The position numbers were made by a program, and so were the translations under genes. Shown piece by piece: positions 13,425 through 27,330 of a stretch of 64,000 bases of DNA. The stretch is from Lama glama (lineage: Eukaryota), in assembly GCA_028534125.1 (NCBI GenBank), contig CM052816.1, forward strand, positions 63,614,001-63,678,000, written 5' to 3'. A model generated the notes under the pieces. That model was not told the origin of the DNA and did no database searches. It was given only the letters and a program-made list of their open reading frames with translations. Positions within the stretch are counted from its first letter, which is position 1. Every line of letters starts with the position of its first letter.

Positions 13425-14270
13425 TTAATTCATTCAGCAAACATGGACTGTACTTCTGTTTTGTGACAGCAAAAGGGCCTATAATGATGTGTCTCTTTCT
13501 GATAGCCCAGTGCCCACCTGGGCCCCCAGCCACCGTTGGCAGGACTGCTGCTAGGTGGTGAGAGAAAGCCTCCCTGAGGCGGTGACATCTGAGCAGACAG
13601 CTAAAAGAAATGAAAGACCCAGCCAAGAAGGTCCGGGGAAGAGCAGAGGGAATGGAAGCTCAAAGGCCCTGAGGGTTGCTTGAAGAACAGCAAGGGTGGA
13701 GGCTAGCAGTGCTGGAGGGCTGATTGAAGGGCCAGCCAGGCTTCCAGACCACAGATAGAAATCTGGATCTTATCCTGAGGGTGATGGGTAGTAATCAGAA
13801 GGCTCTGAGCAGGCAAGTGAAACGGCAGAATTTATTTTTCAAAAAATCACTCTAGCTTGGGTAGACTGCCTTAGGAGGACATTTTTGAGATGTATGTCAG
13901 ATAATGTTTTGCCTATATTTTCTTCTAGGAGGTTTATTGTATCTTGTCTTGTGTGTAAACCTTTGATCCATTTTGAGTTTATTTTTGTGTGTGGTGTAAG
14001 GGAGTGTTCTAGCTTCATTGATTAACAAGCTGCTGTCCAGTTTTCCCAACACCATTTGCTGAAGAGACTGTCTTTATTCCATTGTATATTCTTGCCTCCT
14101 TTGTCGAAGATTAGTTGACCAAAAGTTCTAGCTGCTTTGTGGAGAATTGATTTCAGAGAAATCAAAGCAAGGAAACTGGTTAGGAGGTTTTTGCAATGGC
14201 CTAACCACGGGATGACGGTGGGCAGTAGAGGTGGTGAAGGGTGGTTGGCATGAATACACTTTATATGGAT
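13425..14270 (-). mobile_element. LINE-2 3' region interrupted by an L1 fragment
   Basis: ttcattcagcaaac start and ggtgacatctgagcagac. aaaaatcactctagct|gctttgtggagaat is continuous across the insertion. Confidence 0.75.
13858..14126 (-). mobile_element. internal L1 ORF2 fragment (269 bp), no 3'UTR or poly(A)
   Basis: Encodes [34 protein letters not shown]. Flanked by tctagct at 13851-13857 and 14127-14133. Confidence 0.9.
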
Positions 14271-14435
14271 ATTCATACTCTCCTTTTTAATCATGGATAC
14301 TTTAGTTTCCTTAACTAATTTTCTTTTGTGGAAGGAATTCAAGGAACTTATATTAGTTAGAGTTCAGCTACTAGTGTCTAACTTAGCTAGTTTCAAATTC
14401 ACTCAGGAAACTAATTAAAAAGATAGACTTCCCAA

Positions 14436-15826
14436 ACTTAAGAATCAATATTGTTAAAATGGTTACACTGTCCAAGGCAATCTACAGATTTATTGCAATC
14501 CCTATCAAATTACCCAGGACATATTTCACAGAACTAGAACAAATCATAATTAAATTTATATGGAACCATTGAAGACCTAGAATTGCTAAAGCATTACTGA
14601 AGAGAAAGAAAGAGGCTGGAGGAATAACTCTCCCAGACTTCAGACAATACTATAGAGCCACAGTAATCAAGACAGCATGGTATTGGTACCAAAACAGACA
14701 TATAGACCAATGGAACAGAATAGAGAGCCCAGAAATGAACCCACAAACTTTTGGTCAACTAATCTTCGACAAAGGAGGCAAGAATATACAATGGAATAAA
14801 GACAGTCTCTTCAGCAAATGGTGTTGGGAAAACTGGACAGCAGCATGTAAATCAATGAANNNNNNNNNNNNNNNNNNNNNNNNNNNNNNNNNNNNNNNNN
14901 NNNNNNNNNNNNNNNNNNNNNNNNNNNNNNNNNNNNNNNNNNNNNNNNNNNNNNNNNNNNNNNNNNNNNNNNNNNNNNNNNNNNNNNNNNNNNNNNNNNN
15001 NNNNNNNNNNNNNNNNNNNNNNNNNNNNNNNNNNNNNNNNNNNNNNNNNNNNNNNNNNNNNNNNNNNNNNNNNNNNNNNNNNNNNNNNNNNNNNNNNNNN
15101 NNNNNNNNNNNNNNNNNNNNNNNNNNNNNNNNNNNNNNNNNNNNNNNNNNNNNNNNNNNNNNNNNNNNNNNNNNNNNNNNNNNNNNNNNNNNNNNNNNNN
15201 NNNNNNNNNNNNNNNNNNNNNNNNNNNNNNNNNNNNNNNNNNNNNNNNNNNNNNNNNNNNNNNNNNNNNNNNNNNNNNNNNNNNNNNNNNNNNNNNNNNN
15301 NNNNNNNNNNNNNNNNNNNNNNNNNNNNNNNNNNNNNNNNNNNNNNNNNNNNNNNNNNNACTACTCAGCCATAAAAACCGACAACATAACGCCATTTGCA
15401 GCAACATGGATGCTCCTGGAGAATGTCATTCTAAGCGAAGTAAGCCAGAAAGAGAAAGAAAAATACCATATGAGATTGCTCATACGTGGAATCTAAAAAA
15501 CAAACAAACAAACAACAACAAAGCATAAATACAAAACAGAAACAGACTGACAGACATAGAATACAAACTTGTGGTTGCCAAGGGGGTGGAGGGTGGGAAA
15601 GGATAGACGGGATTTCTAAATTGTAGAACAGATAAACAAGATTATACTGTATAGCACAGGGAAATATACACAAGACCTTATGGTAGCTCACAGAGAAAAA
15701 AATGTGACAATGAATATATACATATGTTCATGTATAACTGAAAAAATTGTGCTCTACACTGGAATTTGACACAACATTGTAAAATGATTATAAATCAATA
15801 AAAAATGTTTAAAAAAAAGAAAAGAA
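14436..15826 (+). mobile_element. young 5'-truncated LINE-1 (ORF2 3' part plus 3'UTR), inserted in a MER5-like MITE
   Basis: ORF2 peptides on both sides of the gap and an A-tail. 19-bp TSD aaaaagatagayttcccaa at 14417-14435 and 15827-15845 (1 mismatch). Confidence 0.95.
14860..15359. other. assembly gap (500 N)
   Basis: Run of N. Confidence 1.
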
Positions 15827-17542
15827 AAAAAGATAGATTTCCCAACCTCATACCCCAAAGATTCTGATTCTATGAAGCCTAGAAACCTGCATTTTTGTGA
15901 CTCAGACTCTGAGAATTATGGTAAGCACTTAGCAGCATTCCCTAGTGGTGGATATCTGAAAGTGCAACGTTAATACATGCAAAACACTTTCAATTTTTCA
16001 TATGTACTTGTTACAGACAAAGTAATCTTTTTTGTTTATAATAGAGTTAGTTTTATGGGAATAAACAAATGGGGTGGAAACTCCTTCTTCTCCAGTGATT
16101 ATCTGGAGAGAACTTTCAGAAGTATTAAGATAAAAAATAATTGAAACTTTGTAAGTAGTCATTACTTGGCTATTGCAATGTCAGAGAGCAGTAATAGCTC
16201 TAAACCCACAGCCTAGCTGCTTATTAGGGTGCTATAACATTAGAGTAATTGCAACTGTGGAGATAAAATAGAAAGATAGTGGCTTTTTCCAAAAGTCTTA
16301 AAAAGCCAACACTTACATAGACAGCCGAGCTACACCAGCCATGGAAAAGTAGCAGTACCATCCCCATGGGTGTGTATTTCTTTTAAACGTTGCTTTAAGT
16401 CAGCATGAGTAAGTTTCTTACTGAGAATTTTGTTAGTTTGTCATTTTGGGTTGGAAATTTCTCCTCTAAAGCTCCAACTAAGACTAGCCACCATGCCATG
16501 CTGTGTCTTTGACTACTCAGATCCCTGTCTCCCCTGCCCCGTGGAGTAGAACAGAGGGCAGCTCAGTGTTTGAGAGCTCTGGCCATGTGAGGAGAGAATA
16601 CTCCAGGGAAGTCTGCATGGGAGTACTGTTTATATACTCTGGTTGGCTGGAAGGAGCCTCTGGCTTCATTGTGTATTTGTTGGTTTGTTTGCTTGTTTCT
16701 ATTTAATGATTATTCTCAGAATTCTACATAAACATTCATCCTGCATTTTCACCCCACCCCCACTCCCCACCCCCACTCCCTCCAAATTATCTCTCGTTCA
16801 ACATAGCCTCATATTTGAGTTGGAAAATCATCTAGTATATATTTGTTACATTCTAGACAAAGTAACTGAAGTGTGAGTAGAGCAACTGCTCTAAGGCTAA
16901 ATAAAGGGATAGCCGTCCAGCTGGAGTGAGAGCCCAGGACTAACTGTGGTGGCCGTGGTGGCCACTGTGCTTTCTGGGACCAACCAGCCCCATAGCATCT
17001 GCTTGTCCTGTCCTTCCTCCATCCCTATAAATGTGACCCCTCTCCTCACCTGCACACACACACTTTTAGCCTCTCATGGTTTTCTTCTTTCTGCCAATCT
17101 CCTTCCCCCTTCCTACCTTGCCAAGCTGGCAAAATACGAAAAATTAGGGAAATCAAACCTTAAAAAAACCTTTACTTTAAATAACAAACCCAAATGAAAA
17201 CTCAGCTTTCCAACCTTCATCAACTAAATTATGCAGTGTTTACTTGTGTTACCTCATCTTGATTTATTTTTGTAGGTTAAGCCTCTAAAAAAAAATAAAA
17301 GGTTTATTTGTTACAATCCAAAGGAGAAGAACTTGAAGGAGGAAATAGAACTCAAAAGGAAAGCTGAGCTGAAAGATCGCATAACTAACTAAGGGAACAT
17401 GAAATACAAATCTGGACATGCCCACATGTATTTTTCCATTTAGAAACAAACCTAAGAAGCCAGTGGTGCGTTCATTTGTTTTTCCCTCAAGACACGCTGG
17501 CCAGGTCTTAGCTATGCAAGCATTTAAGTGTAGTAAGCGTTT

Positions 17543-17561
17543 GTCTGCCCTCTAGTGGTCC
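17543..17561 (-). promoter_or_regulatory. candidate CTCF binding site
   Basis: The minus strand reads GGACCACTAGAGGGCAGAC, a close match to the CTCF core CCAC[CT]AG[AG][GT]GGC[AG]G, in non-repeat sequence. Confidence 0.6.
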
Positions 17562-18093
17562 TTGCAGATGCATACGTGTCTATGTGTCCAGTGCGGAGCT
17601 TAGTTGTCCAGGGACACATGCTTGAAAAATTCACTATTAGAAGGAATGCCTCAGCTGCTTTCCAGTAAATACAGTAGGTGGAGACACACACTGGAAAACT
17701 GGAACACAGTCAACCTTGTTTTTATTTGGCTCTTAGAAGATTGCTAGGCACTTAGAGTTATTAAAACTAACTTTGACCATAATTTATTTGTGATGTTTCA
17801 TATTTCCTGCTTGTTTTTAATTCTTGAAAAATGTTAAGATCTGCATATTTAAAGAACATGCAGTTTCTAAATCCATGCCCCACCCCCACTCATTTATATT
17901 AAATACCTACTGTGTACAGAGAGCTGGGGTGAGGTGAGGGCGCAAAGGTTAGTGAAACAGATCCTGTCCTTAAAACTCACCCTCTGATTGTGAGAGAAGA
18001 CATATTCGGACATAATTACAATACATGGCAGTGGTAATATAAACAGAGTTTACATTGTATAATGCTACATACTTAATATATATTATGTATTAT

Positions 18094-18096
<3 letters not shown>

Positions 18097-18125
<29 letters not shown>
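18097..18125. repeat. (CA)n microsatellite
   Basis: Visible run. Confidence 0.95.
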
Positions 18126-18128
<3 letters not shown>

Positions 18129-18129
18129 C

Positions 18130-18310
18130 AACTATGGGCCAGGCCCTGTGTTAGGTATGTCCATTTTTCATTTAATAGTTACCACAATGGTATCTTTTAA
18201 CATTAGAGAAAGGGAGGCTCAGAAAGATTAAATAGCTTGCCCTAGTTCACATACCTATGAAATGGCAAAACTGGAATTTGAATTCAGATTTTCTGATTTC
18301 ATCTGTATTA
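18130..18310 (-). mobile_element. MIR SINE
   Basis: gaggctcagaaagattaaatagcttgccctagttcac...ggaatttgaattcag. Confidence 0.7.
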
Positions 18311-21295
18311 TAGTTAACTTCAATAGACTTTTACTGAGAGTCTACCGTGTGCCAGGTAATGTGCTACCAGCTGGAGGTGCATAGATGGGAGACGCCATCA
18401 CTGGTCTCAGGTGAAAGGGTGTAGGTGGCCGGGCAGGTGGAGAAATGATTAGACTACATTATGATATGTGCAATCACGGAACTATGTGCAAAATGCCTTC
18501 TGAGCAACGTAGCAAAGGTGATTCACTGTTCATACGTTGTCACATTTTCCGTCATGCAACCCTGTCACTTGGCCATGATTAAACTGACCAGAAACCTGTA
18601 ACTTGGCCAAAGGCAATCATCTTTAGGCTTAACAACAGCTCTGGGAGGCATAATATCATAATTCTCCTCAACTGATGATCTCTTAGTTTCCAGTGTGAGA
18701 AATCCAGAAAGCAACAGAACCAGAGTTGAATTAGGAAGAAATAAAAGTAGAAGTATAAACTGGTCAGAAGCAAAAGCAGAGTTGGAGAAAAAGTGAAGCT
18801 GAACTGGGAGTCAGGCATAGTTGCAGGAGTGAGCAGCCAAGGGGCCCTCTTCTTAGGGGAGCATGTTTTTGCTGTTACTTCCTTAGCGACATTCCAGGGC
18901 TCCACAGAGTTGGGCTGTGTGACTGCTTAGACAGATGCCCACGCTTCCTCACTGCCTCAAGTGTCCTTACAATCACCCACGTCGCTCTGAGGTCAGCCAA
19001 GACTGACCCCGGCAACAGGAAAGAGCCCAGGTCCTGCAGTACTGGAGTGGTCCAGGAGAGGCAGTGAGAAAGTATGGCTGGATGGGTGGACTCAGCAAAG
19101 TCTTCACCTGGAAATGATGCTCAAAGTGAGTATTGAGTGACAACTAGCAGTTGCCAAGAAGAGAAAAGTGCAGTGGGTGCCCCAGTAGTTTAGTGTTCAC
19201 TCCAGTACTGAACGTGACCAGTGGCAAAACTTTAATGTTATGGTTCTTTTTCCAGTGTAATGACTCCAGAAATTTTCCCTTCAATTACCCTGGCTTTGAG
19301 ACAGGGGAGTGGGAAAGGGGAATTTTCTCTTTCACGGAGGTACTAAATTCTGAAGCATGGTAGCTCTGACCACATGGTGTGGCTTCAAACATTGGCATTA
19401 TCTTCTCAACTAGGATACCTATGCCTTTAGGAATATGTGGTTGGGGCCAGGGGACAGTGCAACACTATAGGAGATATATATGTATTAGAGCAACAACTGT
19501 ACTTTTTTTCATAGTGGTTGCACAGTGCTCAAGGGTTCTTCAGTTTCTCCACATCCTTGCCCATTCTTGTTAATTTCTGCTTTTGTGTGTGTGTGTGTGG
19601 GGGGAGTAAAAGCTATCCTAATAGTATGTGAGGTGACATGTAGGTTGATTCTAAAGTGCAAATTCTCCTTGGAGTGGTGAGGGTATCTGGGAACTTTCAT
19701 GCCTTCTGGTAAACTTTGATTTTAGTGACCAGCTGAGATCTCTCACTAAATGCATATCATTTTGATGTAGAGAAAGATGTTTTAGGACCCTCGAAGGAGA
19801 TTCTAGATCTCCTCAAAGATCATGAAGTGCTCAAGCAGGAGTCCCCAGGAGGGGAGGCTGCCTGAGAAATCCCACATTTTTCTATTTCAGTTGTTTTGAC
19901 TCTGAAAACATTTTTATTGAATGAATACAAACATTTTCATCAGAATTATTCCAACATTGCTGAGAATATAATTAAGAAATTACTTTCTGAAAACAGCTCC
20001 TTTGAATTAATTGAATTCTTTGATAAAATTTCTTACTGTTCAGGCAAATACTTTTTTATTTCACTGAAATAATTTAGATTTAATTCAATGATCATATTTT
20101 GTGTCCATATTAAATTTTCTCTACTTTACCTTCAGCAATTTTGAATTTTCTTTCATGGTCATTTTCTACCAAGTCTAATTTGCCTGGGTCAGGTTTTGCA
20201 GGTATAATTTTTGACAAGAGGATTTGATTCTTTAGTCAACTTCTAAACTCAATAACAGATTTTGCCGTGTACGGTTTTTGCCTCTGTCAGTTTTATTTTG
20301 TGTTATTTCTACAAAGTGTAATTCTAACTGAGTCAATTTTTGTACTTTTGAGAATGATCAACATAATGAGATTCTTCAGTCAGTTTTTTGTTAATATCAA
20401 ACTTAACATATATGGTTTTAGTTATACATTTGATTCTGCATGGGTTATTTGTACTATGTTTAATTTTTTTTCTGGTAACAAGTTCAAACTGTACTTGAAG
20501 TCAAAATATCAAAGTCATAACATCTTGTTTTCATTCAAAGCTGTTCTGATTAAAAAATTTAAAAATGTAGTATCCTCATGTCCTCAGGAGGCACAGGTTT
20601 CATGGGTGAATTACTGGTTTAGAAGTGAGAAGTTCCAGCGTTTGTCCTCATTTCTCCCTTACCATTCCGTGTCTATAGTCTAATAGTCCTAATCTAGAAG
20701 TGAAGATATTTAAATATGTGATTTCTAAATCCCCTTGCAACTCTGGCCGTGTGTGATTTAAATTTCTATCTGTAGGGTTGTCCTATTTGATCAGTACATT
20801 GCTCCTTGCTTTGATGCCTCCCCAGTCGCCCCATCCCCTATTGACCAGTGCCTCCAGACAACCAGCCAGCCTGTACTCCCTCAGACCTGGACAAGAGTCT
20901 CTAACCTTCCCACACATTTCTGAATCTTATTTCCCTCCCCAATTGTGGCTCTTGACATGCTCCAGAGCTCTGTCATCCTTAGGTTTTTCTGAGTCTAATC
21001 CACACTCTCTGATTGAACACCTGCCGACCTGGGCTCGGAACAGCCTTCTGTGACTCTGACCTCCATCTGCCTAGAAGCTACAGGGTTATCAGTGACCATA
21101 CTGAGCCTTGCCTTTCTCTGTCCCCACTCCTCAGTCAGCCTTACTCCCACCACGTCTCTCTTTCTGTCAGGCATGGAGGAGAATCCTAATGTGGGTGTGA
21201 TTTAAGGTAGACCATCCTTGGGGAGTGAGGTGGGATGGGACTCAAGGCCATCCTAGGCAGAAAGGAGAGATCATATCACTTAGGGATTCCTACCT

Positions 21296-21690
21296 GTATC
21301 AGGCTCCCAGCAGGAAACCAAAGGATTGCTCATGTTCAATTAATGTGACTCTTTACAAAGGTGTGGGCAGTGTGTAAGTAATTCACAAAGGACAATGCAG
21401 TACCACGGATTCAGTTAAACTCCTGAGCTCACAAAGACATGGGAGGGATCCGTTACTGGACCCTGGCAGGAGAGAATCACACAGAGATCACTGCAAGGCC
21501 TTCTTGCAGGGAAGGAGCCAGAGGCATGAATTCCCCAGATCCCTTTCTGCCTCCCTCCCTCTCATCTCCTGTCAGAGATCCCTGATTGGCAGAATCCAGT
21601 TGGAGTCAGAGGGCAAGGGAGTCCACTGATGAAACCCGTACAAGTCATGTCTCTAGGCAGAGACTGGGGTGAGGAGGGTGGAGAGCGACT
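21296..21690. mobile_element. old MaLR LTR (MLT1N/M-like)
   Basis: tacaaaggtgtgggcag and attggcagaatccagttggagtcagagggcaagggagtccactgatg. Confidence 0.6.
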
Positions 21691-22411
21691 CTGGCATTGG
21701 CTGCTCTTCTTACCTGGTCACATATGTCCCAGTAAAAGCAGGTTAAGAGGAGACTCAGAGAAGTCTTACAGGAAAGGGAGGGTCAGCATACTTGCTTCAT
21801 CTTGGATGAGCAATGAGTTGAATGCATGTGACCTTTGTTAATTCCAGCTGATGTCACTGGAATTGTCACCTCTTTCCCTGCCACTTGCTTTCTGAGCCCT
21901 GATCCTGGTCCTGCTGTGGTTCTGGATCAACAGAAGCCTGGACTGGACTGGTTAGCTCACTTTGCTCTGAGCTCAGACCAGCCTCTTAGGAGTTGGCTAC
22001 ACTATGCTGGTCCCTGGGAAGCCTCTGAAGAGTTGGCCACAGGAGGAGATATGAGGAGGGCAGTATGGAAGCCCTTGGATATCGAAGCGGGGTGGAGGGA
22101 GTTCTAAACATAGAGGAGAGAGTGTTGTAAGGGTGCTAATGGCAGACTCAGCCAAGGGGCAGACCTGCGGTTATGTAAGAAGGCCTTACACTGTGATCAG
22201 CATCAGTAGAGCACTCTGATGTGCTTTACATGGAATGATGCCACCTTCATTGCCTGAAATGCGGGGTACTGACTGAAGTTCTGTTGGGATTGCGGGGATG
22301 GTGTGAACACTCTCCCTCCAGAGTCCTGCTGCAGGGTTTTACCACTGAACATCACATTTCTGCTGTAAACACCACTGCAAATGGTCAGTCTTAACCTGAG
22401 CTTAACTTGTA

Positions 22412-22460
22412 GAGAGGGAAGGAGAGAGGGGGGGAGAGAGAGAGAGAGAGAGAAAGAGAG
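22412..22460. repeat. (GA)n purine-rich microsatellite
   Basis: Visible run. Confidence 0.9.
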
Positions 22461-23909
22461 TCTGATTCTTTAACTCACTTGCCTATGGATGAGTTGGTTT
22501 TGGTGCTCACGTCTGATTCAATCAATGATTCTTATTTGTGGGTGGGTGGGTGGTGGGGAGGGGTGCCCATGAGCAGCAGGTGCAGAGTAGGCTATGGACT
22601 GAGCAAGAACTTAGAAACACGTCTATTGCAATCATACTTTGCTTCTTGTCAGTGAAACAATATATATTTAACATATTCTCTTGCGAATATTAACATTCAA
22701 TATAATACAGGCCTGTGGCAAGTAATCTTTCTTTCATTATATACAGTGGGCAGGGCCTGAAAAGAAAGGCATGGGTTGGTCAGAAGAGGGAAGAGAGATC
22801 AGAAAGTCATGTGAAGGAGATGACCTCACCCCTCTTACTTGAAGATGGAGCATTCAACTTGATCAGCATCATGGGTTCCAAGAATTCATCAGAAGGAAGA
22901 AGGGAAGTGAAAGGAAAAGAGAGAACAGAGAGAAGATAAATATAACCAATAAGAGAAAGCCCTTCTAGGAAGAACTGTATTGTGAAGTTATTTCCTGAGG
23001 GAAAAAAATCTTCTGAGAAGTCTGAAGCACACTCTCCCCTTTCATTCTGTGATTTTTTTTTCTCTCCCCTATGACAAAGTCTGTTAATTTTGTATTAAAA
23101 ACAAAATATATTTCTTTTTCTTGACTACTCTATAATTGTATAGGAATGCGTATCATTTCCTCCCCATAATTTTGAGAATTTTTTTGAAGACAGTGACATA
23201 TTCTGACTCTTTAAGAACAAAACAATTCAATTTAAAAGCCACTGAATGACAGCAATCAAAGTTCTGAAGTGATGCAGTTCTCTTCAGCACTTGTTCGAAA
23301 TGTCATTAGAAAACCAACATATAGCGGGTTGTTATGGCAACTGGAATACTAGAATTTATAACATCACTGTAATTAATGTTATCAAAACGTTATTAATCTT
23401 TCAACATCACTCACATTCTCTAAAGGAACAGCAGTTCTGGCTCTTGTAGGATTTTTCAATAGTGTAATCTGTTGCAGCTTTCTTCACATTTTATTTTTTT
23501 TCAAATACATTGTACTCTGACTTTGCTTTAGTGAAATTAGCTATTGTTTCTACTCCTTTACTCATTCTATTTTGGCTGTATTTTTTGATAAAACTTGAAA
23601 TATAATGGGAAAAAAGGGATTACAGTTAAAAAACAGAAAAAAAAGCCCAAAGATAAAATATTTATATATTTAAATGTAGAGAATCTGAGAAAAATATTAA
23701 AATATTTTACATACAGATTTGTAGTATTAACTCATATTTGCATAGCACTTAATAATCTTTAAAGCAATTTTTTATATATTATTTAACAACCCTGAGAACA
23801 AGTAATATTTTTTGGGGTGCCTACTATGTGACAGTTAATGTGATCCACATACATGAATTTTTTTAGATCTCGTAATAACTTGCAAGACAGGTATGGCTTA
23901 AAGATATGT

Positions 23910-24745
23910 CTCCACAACTCAACAACAAGAACAAAAAAGCCTGATTAAAAAATAGGCAAAGGGCTTAAACAGACATTTCTTCAAAGATGATGTATACAAA
24001 TCATGAACAAGGACATGAAAAGATGCTCAATATTACTAATCATTAGAGAAACACAAATAATATCATGTCACATCCATTTAAAAGAAAACAGAAAATAATG
24101 AGTGTTAGGGAGGAGGTGGAGAAATTGGAAACCCTGTGCACTGTTGGTGGGAATGTAAAATGGTACAGCAGCCACTATGGAAAACAGTATGGTGGTTGTT
24201 AAAAGAATTAAAAATAGAATTGGCATATGATCCAGCAATTCCATTTCTGGGTATATAACCAAAAGAATTGAAAGCAGGGTCTTGAAGAGATATTTGACAC
24301 TCATGTGTATAGAAGCATTGTTCACAACCATCAAGAGGTAGAAGAAACCCAAGTGCCCACACATGGATGAGTGGATAAACAAACTGCAGTATGTACATAC
24401 AATGGAATATTACTCATCTTTAAACAGGAAGGAAATCCTGTTACAAGCTACAATGTGGGTGAATCTAGAAGACATTATGCTAAGTGAAATAAGCCAGATA
24501 CAAAAAGACAAACACTATCTGATTTCACTTACAGGAGCTATCTAAAGTAGACAAACTCACAGAAACAGAGAGTAGAATGGTATTTGCCAGGAGCTGGGAG
24601 GAAAGGGAAGTAGGGAGTTGTTTAATGGCTACAGAGTTTAGTTTTGCAAGTTCAAAGAGTTCTATAGCTCTAAATTGATAACAGTGTAAATATACTTAGC
24701 ACTACTGAATTGTACATTTAAAACTGGTTAAGGTGGTAAATTGAA
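23910..24745 (+). mobile_element. L1 (L1MA/MB-like) ORF2 end plus 3'UTR
   Basis: ORF 24363-24545 ([44 protein letters not shown]) is the L1 ORF2 C-terminus. Confidence 0.9.
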
Positions 24746-25669
24746 TGTCATGCATGTGTGTGTGTCTTCACTGAGTTTACATATCAAGAATGAGGGGGCG
24801 TAAGGCAAGGTTACAAAGGGAGAGCTTTCTGCCTGTAGAATACACACTCACTTTCCACAACACCAGGGAATTCTTATCTTCATTTTAGAGATGACAAAGC
24901 TGATTCTGTGAGAGGTTATGTAACTTGCCCATAGTTATGCTGCTATACCAGAGTTTAGATTATAAGTCTTAGTACAATACTCTTTTGCGTGATGCCTTAT
25001 TGCTTTTCTGTTTAGATAATGCATTTTGTAAAATTTGAATAGGTTAATATATAAATTTGAATAAAGTAACCAAGTAGAATGTACCCCAGTGTGGAGAAAA
25101 TATGTTAGGCACATAAAGTAGAATCAGCTTCTTAGGTTTTTAGTTGAGGATTTCAGATTTTAAATGAGATGGTGGTTTAAAAACTTTCTTCAATAAATCA
25201 TTAAACTGTTGAGAAAATAACTATTTGTAAGAGCAAAAGTACTCAGTAATGTCTCATTTTTGTTTACTGTGTCACATTTTCAGGGCACTTTCACACACAC
25301 CAGTCCACGTGGCCTCTTCACCCTGTAGTCACTTGCTCACTCAGTATTGGTTGTAAATTAAACATAGTCACATCTCTAAAGACAGCATCAACATTTTGCA
25401 GCTAAGATGTCAAAGGTAACTGGAAAGATAACGGGGTTTCCACTCTAGGCCCTTGGCAGGTGAACTGCAAAACTGATGGCTTATCTTGGTTTCCTGCCAA
25501 CCTCCCAGCATCCCCTCTCTCATGTGTCTCGCAGGAACCAGGGCTCTCCTGTTGTGCTCAGACATGCCTACCCACACCTATGTTTTTCTCCAAAATAATT
25601 CCCCTTTCCCTCTAATCATAACTCTTTCTGTGACTCTGAAAAACAGGGAATCATACATTTTCCACTCTT

Positions 25670-27330
25670 TTTTTGAAAAGTGCAGTTAATTTCCAGTTGA
25701 TAAAGGAAAGCCCTTTTTACAGAAGAATGTCAGCTTAAAAATATAGCAGAAAGACTGAATTAGAAAATCTCCATTGTACAAACCTCTAGTGACACATTGA
25801 ACACTGAAACCAATAAGAGAAAGGCTGTAACAGTATATTCTCAAAGTGTCAAAGTAACTCCCCAGAGATTATTTGCTAGTTGCAAAGAGAGAACCAGGCT
25901 TTTGGAGCGGAGATATCTGGCTATCACTACCTTAACCAAGTGGTCAAGTTTCTTGTTTTAATAGTGGAAAACCAATACTATATGTCCCTGATATAATGCA
26001 ATATGAGAAACGCAGTGTCACTTATGAAGTATTCTTGTTAGAAATATCTCACTTGATCCTAATCAAACCTACAGAGTCAATTTACAGTTTATGAGAAATT
26101 CAGGGCACAGAAAACAAATTGAGCAACACCAAGAAGAAACAATCAGACAAATCTAGAGTATGACCCCATCTATAAAACACTGATTTGATTTCTTCTAAAG
26201 ACCAATGTCTTTAAAATTAAAAGTTTGGGAGGGGCTGCTCTAAATCAGAAGAGACCGAAAGGACAGAACAGTCAAATACAACCTTGATTGGATCCTGGTT
26301 AAAAAGAAAAAAAAAAACTATGCAAGATATCGTTGGGATAATCAGAGAAAGTCAAATATGATCTGGGATTAAACAATATCAGGGAATTATTATTAATTTT
26401 ATTGGGTGTGGGTCTAGGCCAACTATCAACGTATTGCTTCAGATTCAACTCACTCTTCAGTACTTGCTCTGCAATACCAGAGTAGACTCTTTTTAAGCAT
26501 TTCTCCTTCACTGTAAGTATAACGTTAAACTCTGCAATAATAGAAAGCACAGGAGGAAAACTGCAGGAGGAAGGGGGCTTCTCTTCCTGGTTTCTGAATG
26601 TGTGTTTTGTTTTTTGTTCCAGGTGTCCAATTGGTCAGTGGTGCATGTGTGTCTGGGGACACTAGGTGGCACACTGACTCAGCTGCATACCCAGAGTGCA
26701 CAGTGAGCTCCCGATCTTGTGCCTGCACAGTCATATGACTTTCTCTGATACATCTGTTCTCCATTCCGGGATCTTGGGGCCCCTAGGGTTTCTTTCTGCC
26801 TGCCTGGAGACTGTCGGCCAGCTCTAGCCTAGAAAATCCAGCAGACTTTTCTGTCATCCATTGCAATCATACCTTCTCCAATGAGATCTGAATTCCTTTT
26901 CCAAGTGTGTCCTCCCCTTGGTATTCTCTTTTAGCTCCAGAGGAGTCTTTAGAGTTCCTCTACACCTTCATAGTTACTCTTACTGTTTCTTAATAATTCC
27001 CGATATTAAATTTCATCTTTTAAATAACCACATGGTTTCTGTTACCTGACTGGACCCAGACAGGTATAGTATATACTGGTATTGTGGTCATCTGGGAAAA
27101 GGTTCTTATTTTTAGGAGATGCTTGCTGAAATATTTAGAAGAGGTCACACTGTCTGAAATTTATTTCAAATGATCCAACAATATATATGTATGTATACTG
27201 ATCTATCTGTATACATGAATGTATGAGGATATATGAATAAAACCAATAGAGAGAAATACAGAGTGTTAGCAATTATTCAATATAAAGAGAATGCCTTTAT
27301 GGTATCCATTTTTCAAATGTTGAGAGGAAA
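25670..27330 (+). mobile_element. old L1MC/ME 3'UTR region interrupted by an LTR-like insert (~26405-27065)
   Basis: cactaccttaaccaagtggtcaag, aagaaacaatcagacaaatctag and gattaaacaatatcagggaattattattaat. It resumes at ggtattgtggtcatc...ttttaggagatgcttgctgaaatatttag. Confidence 0.6.

Noticed and set aside
14735..15496. Long ORFs of 189-272 aa here and at 44627-45560
   Set aside because: Artefacts of translating through N gaps. The real residues are L1 ORF2 or L1 UTR.
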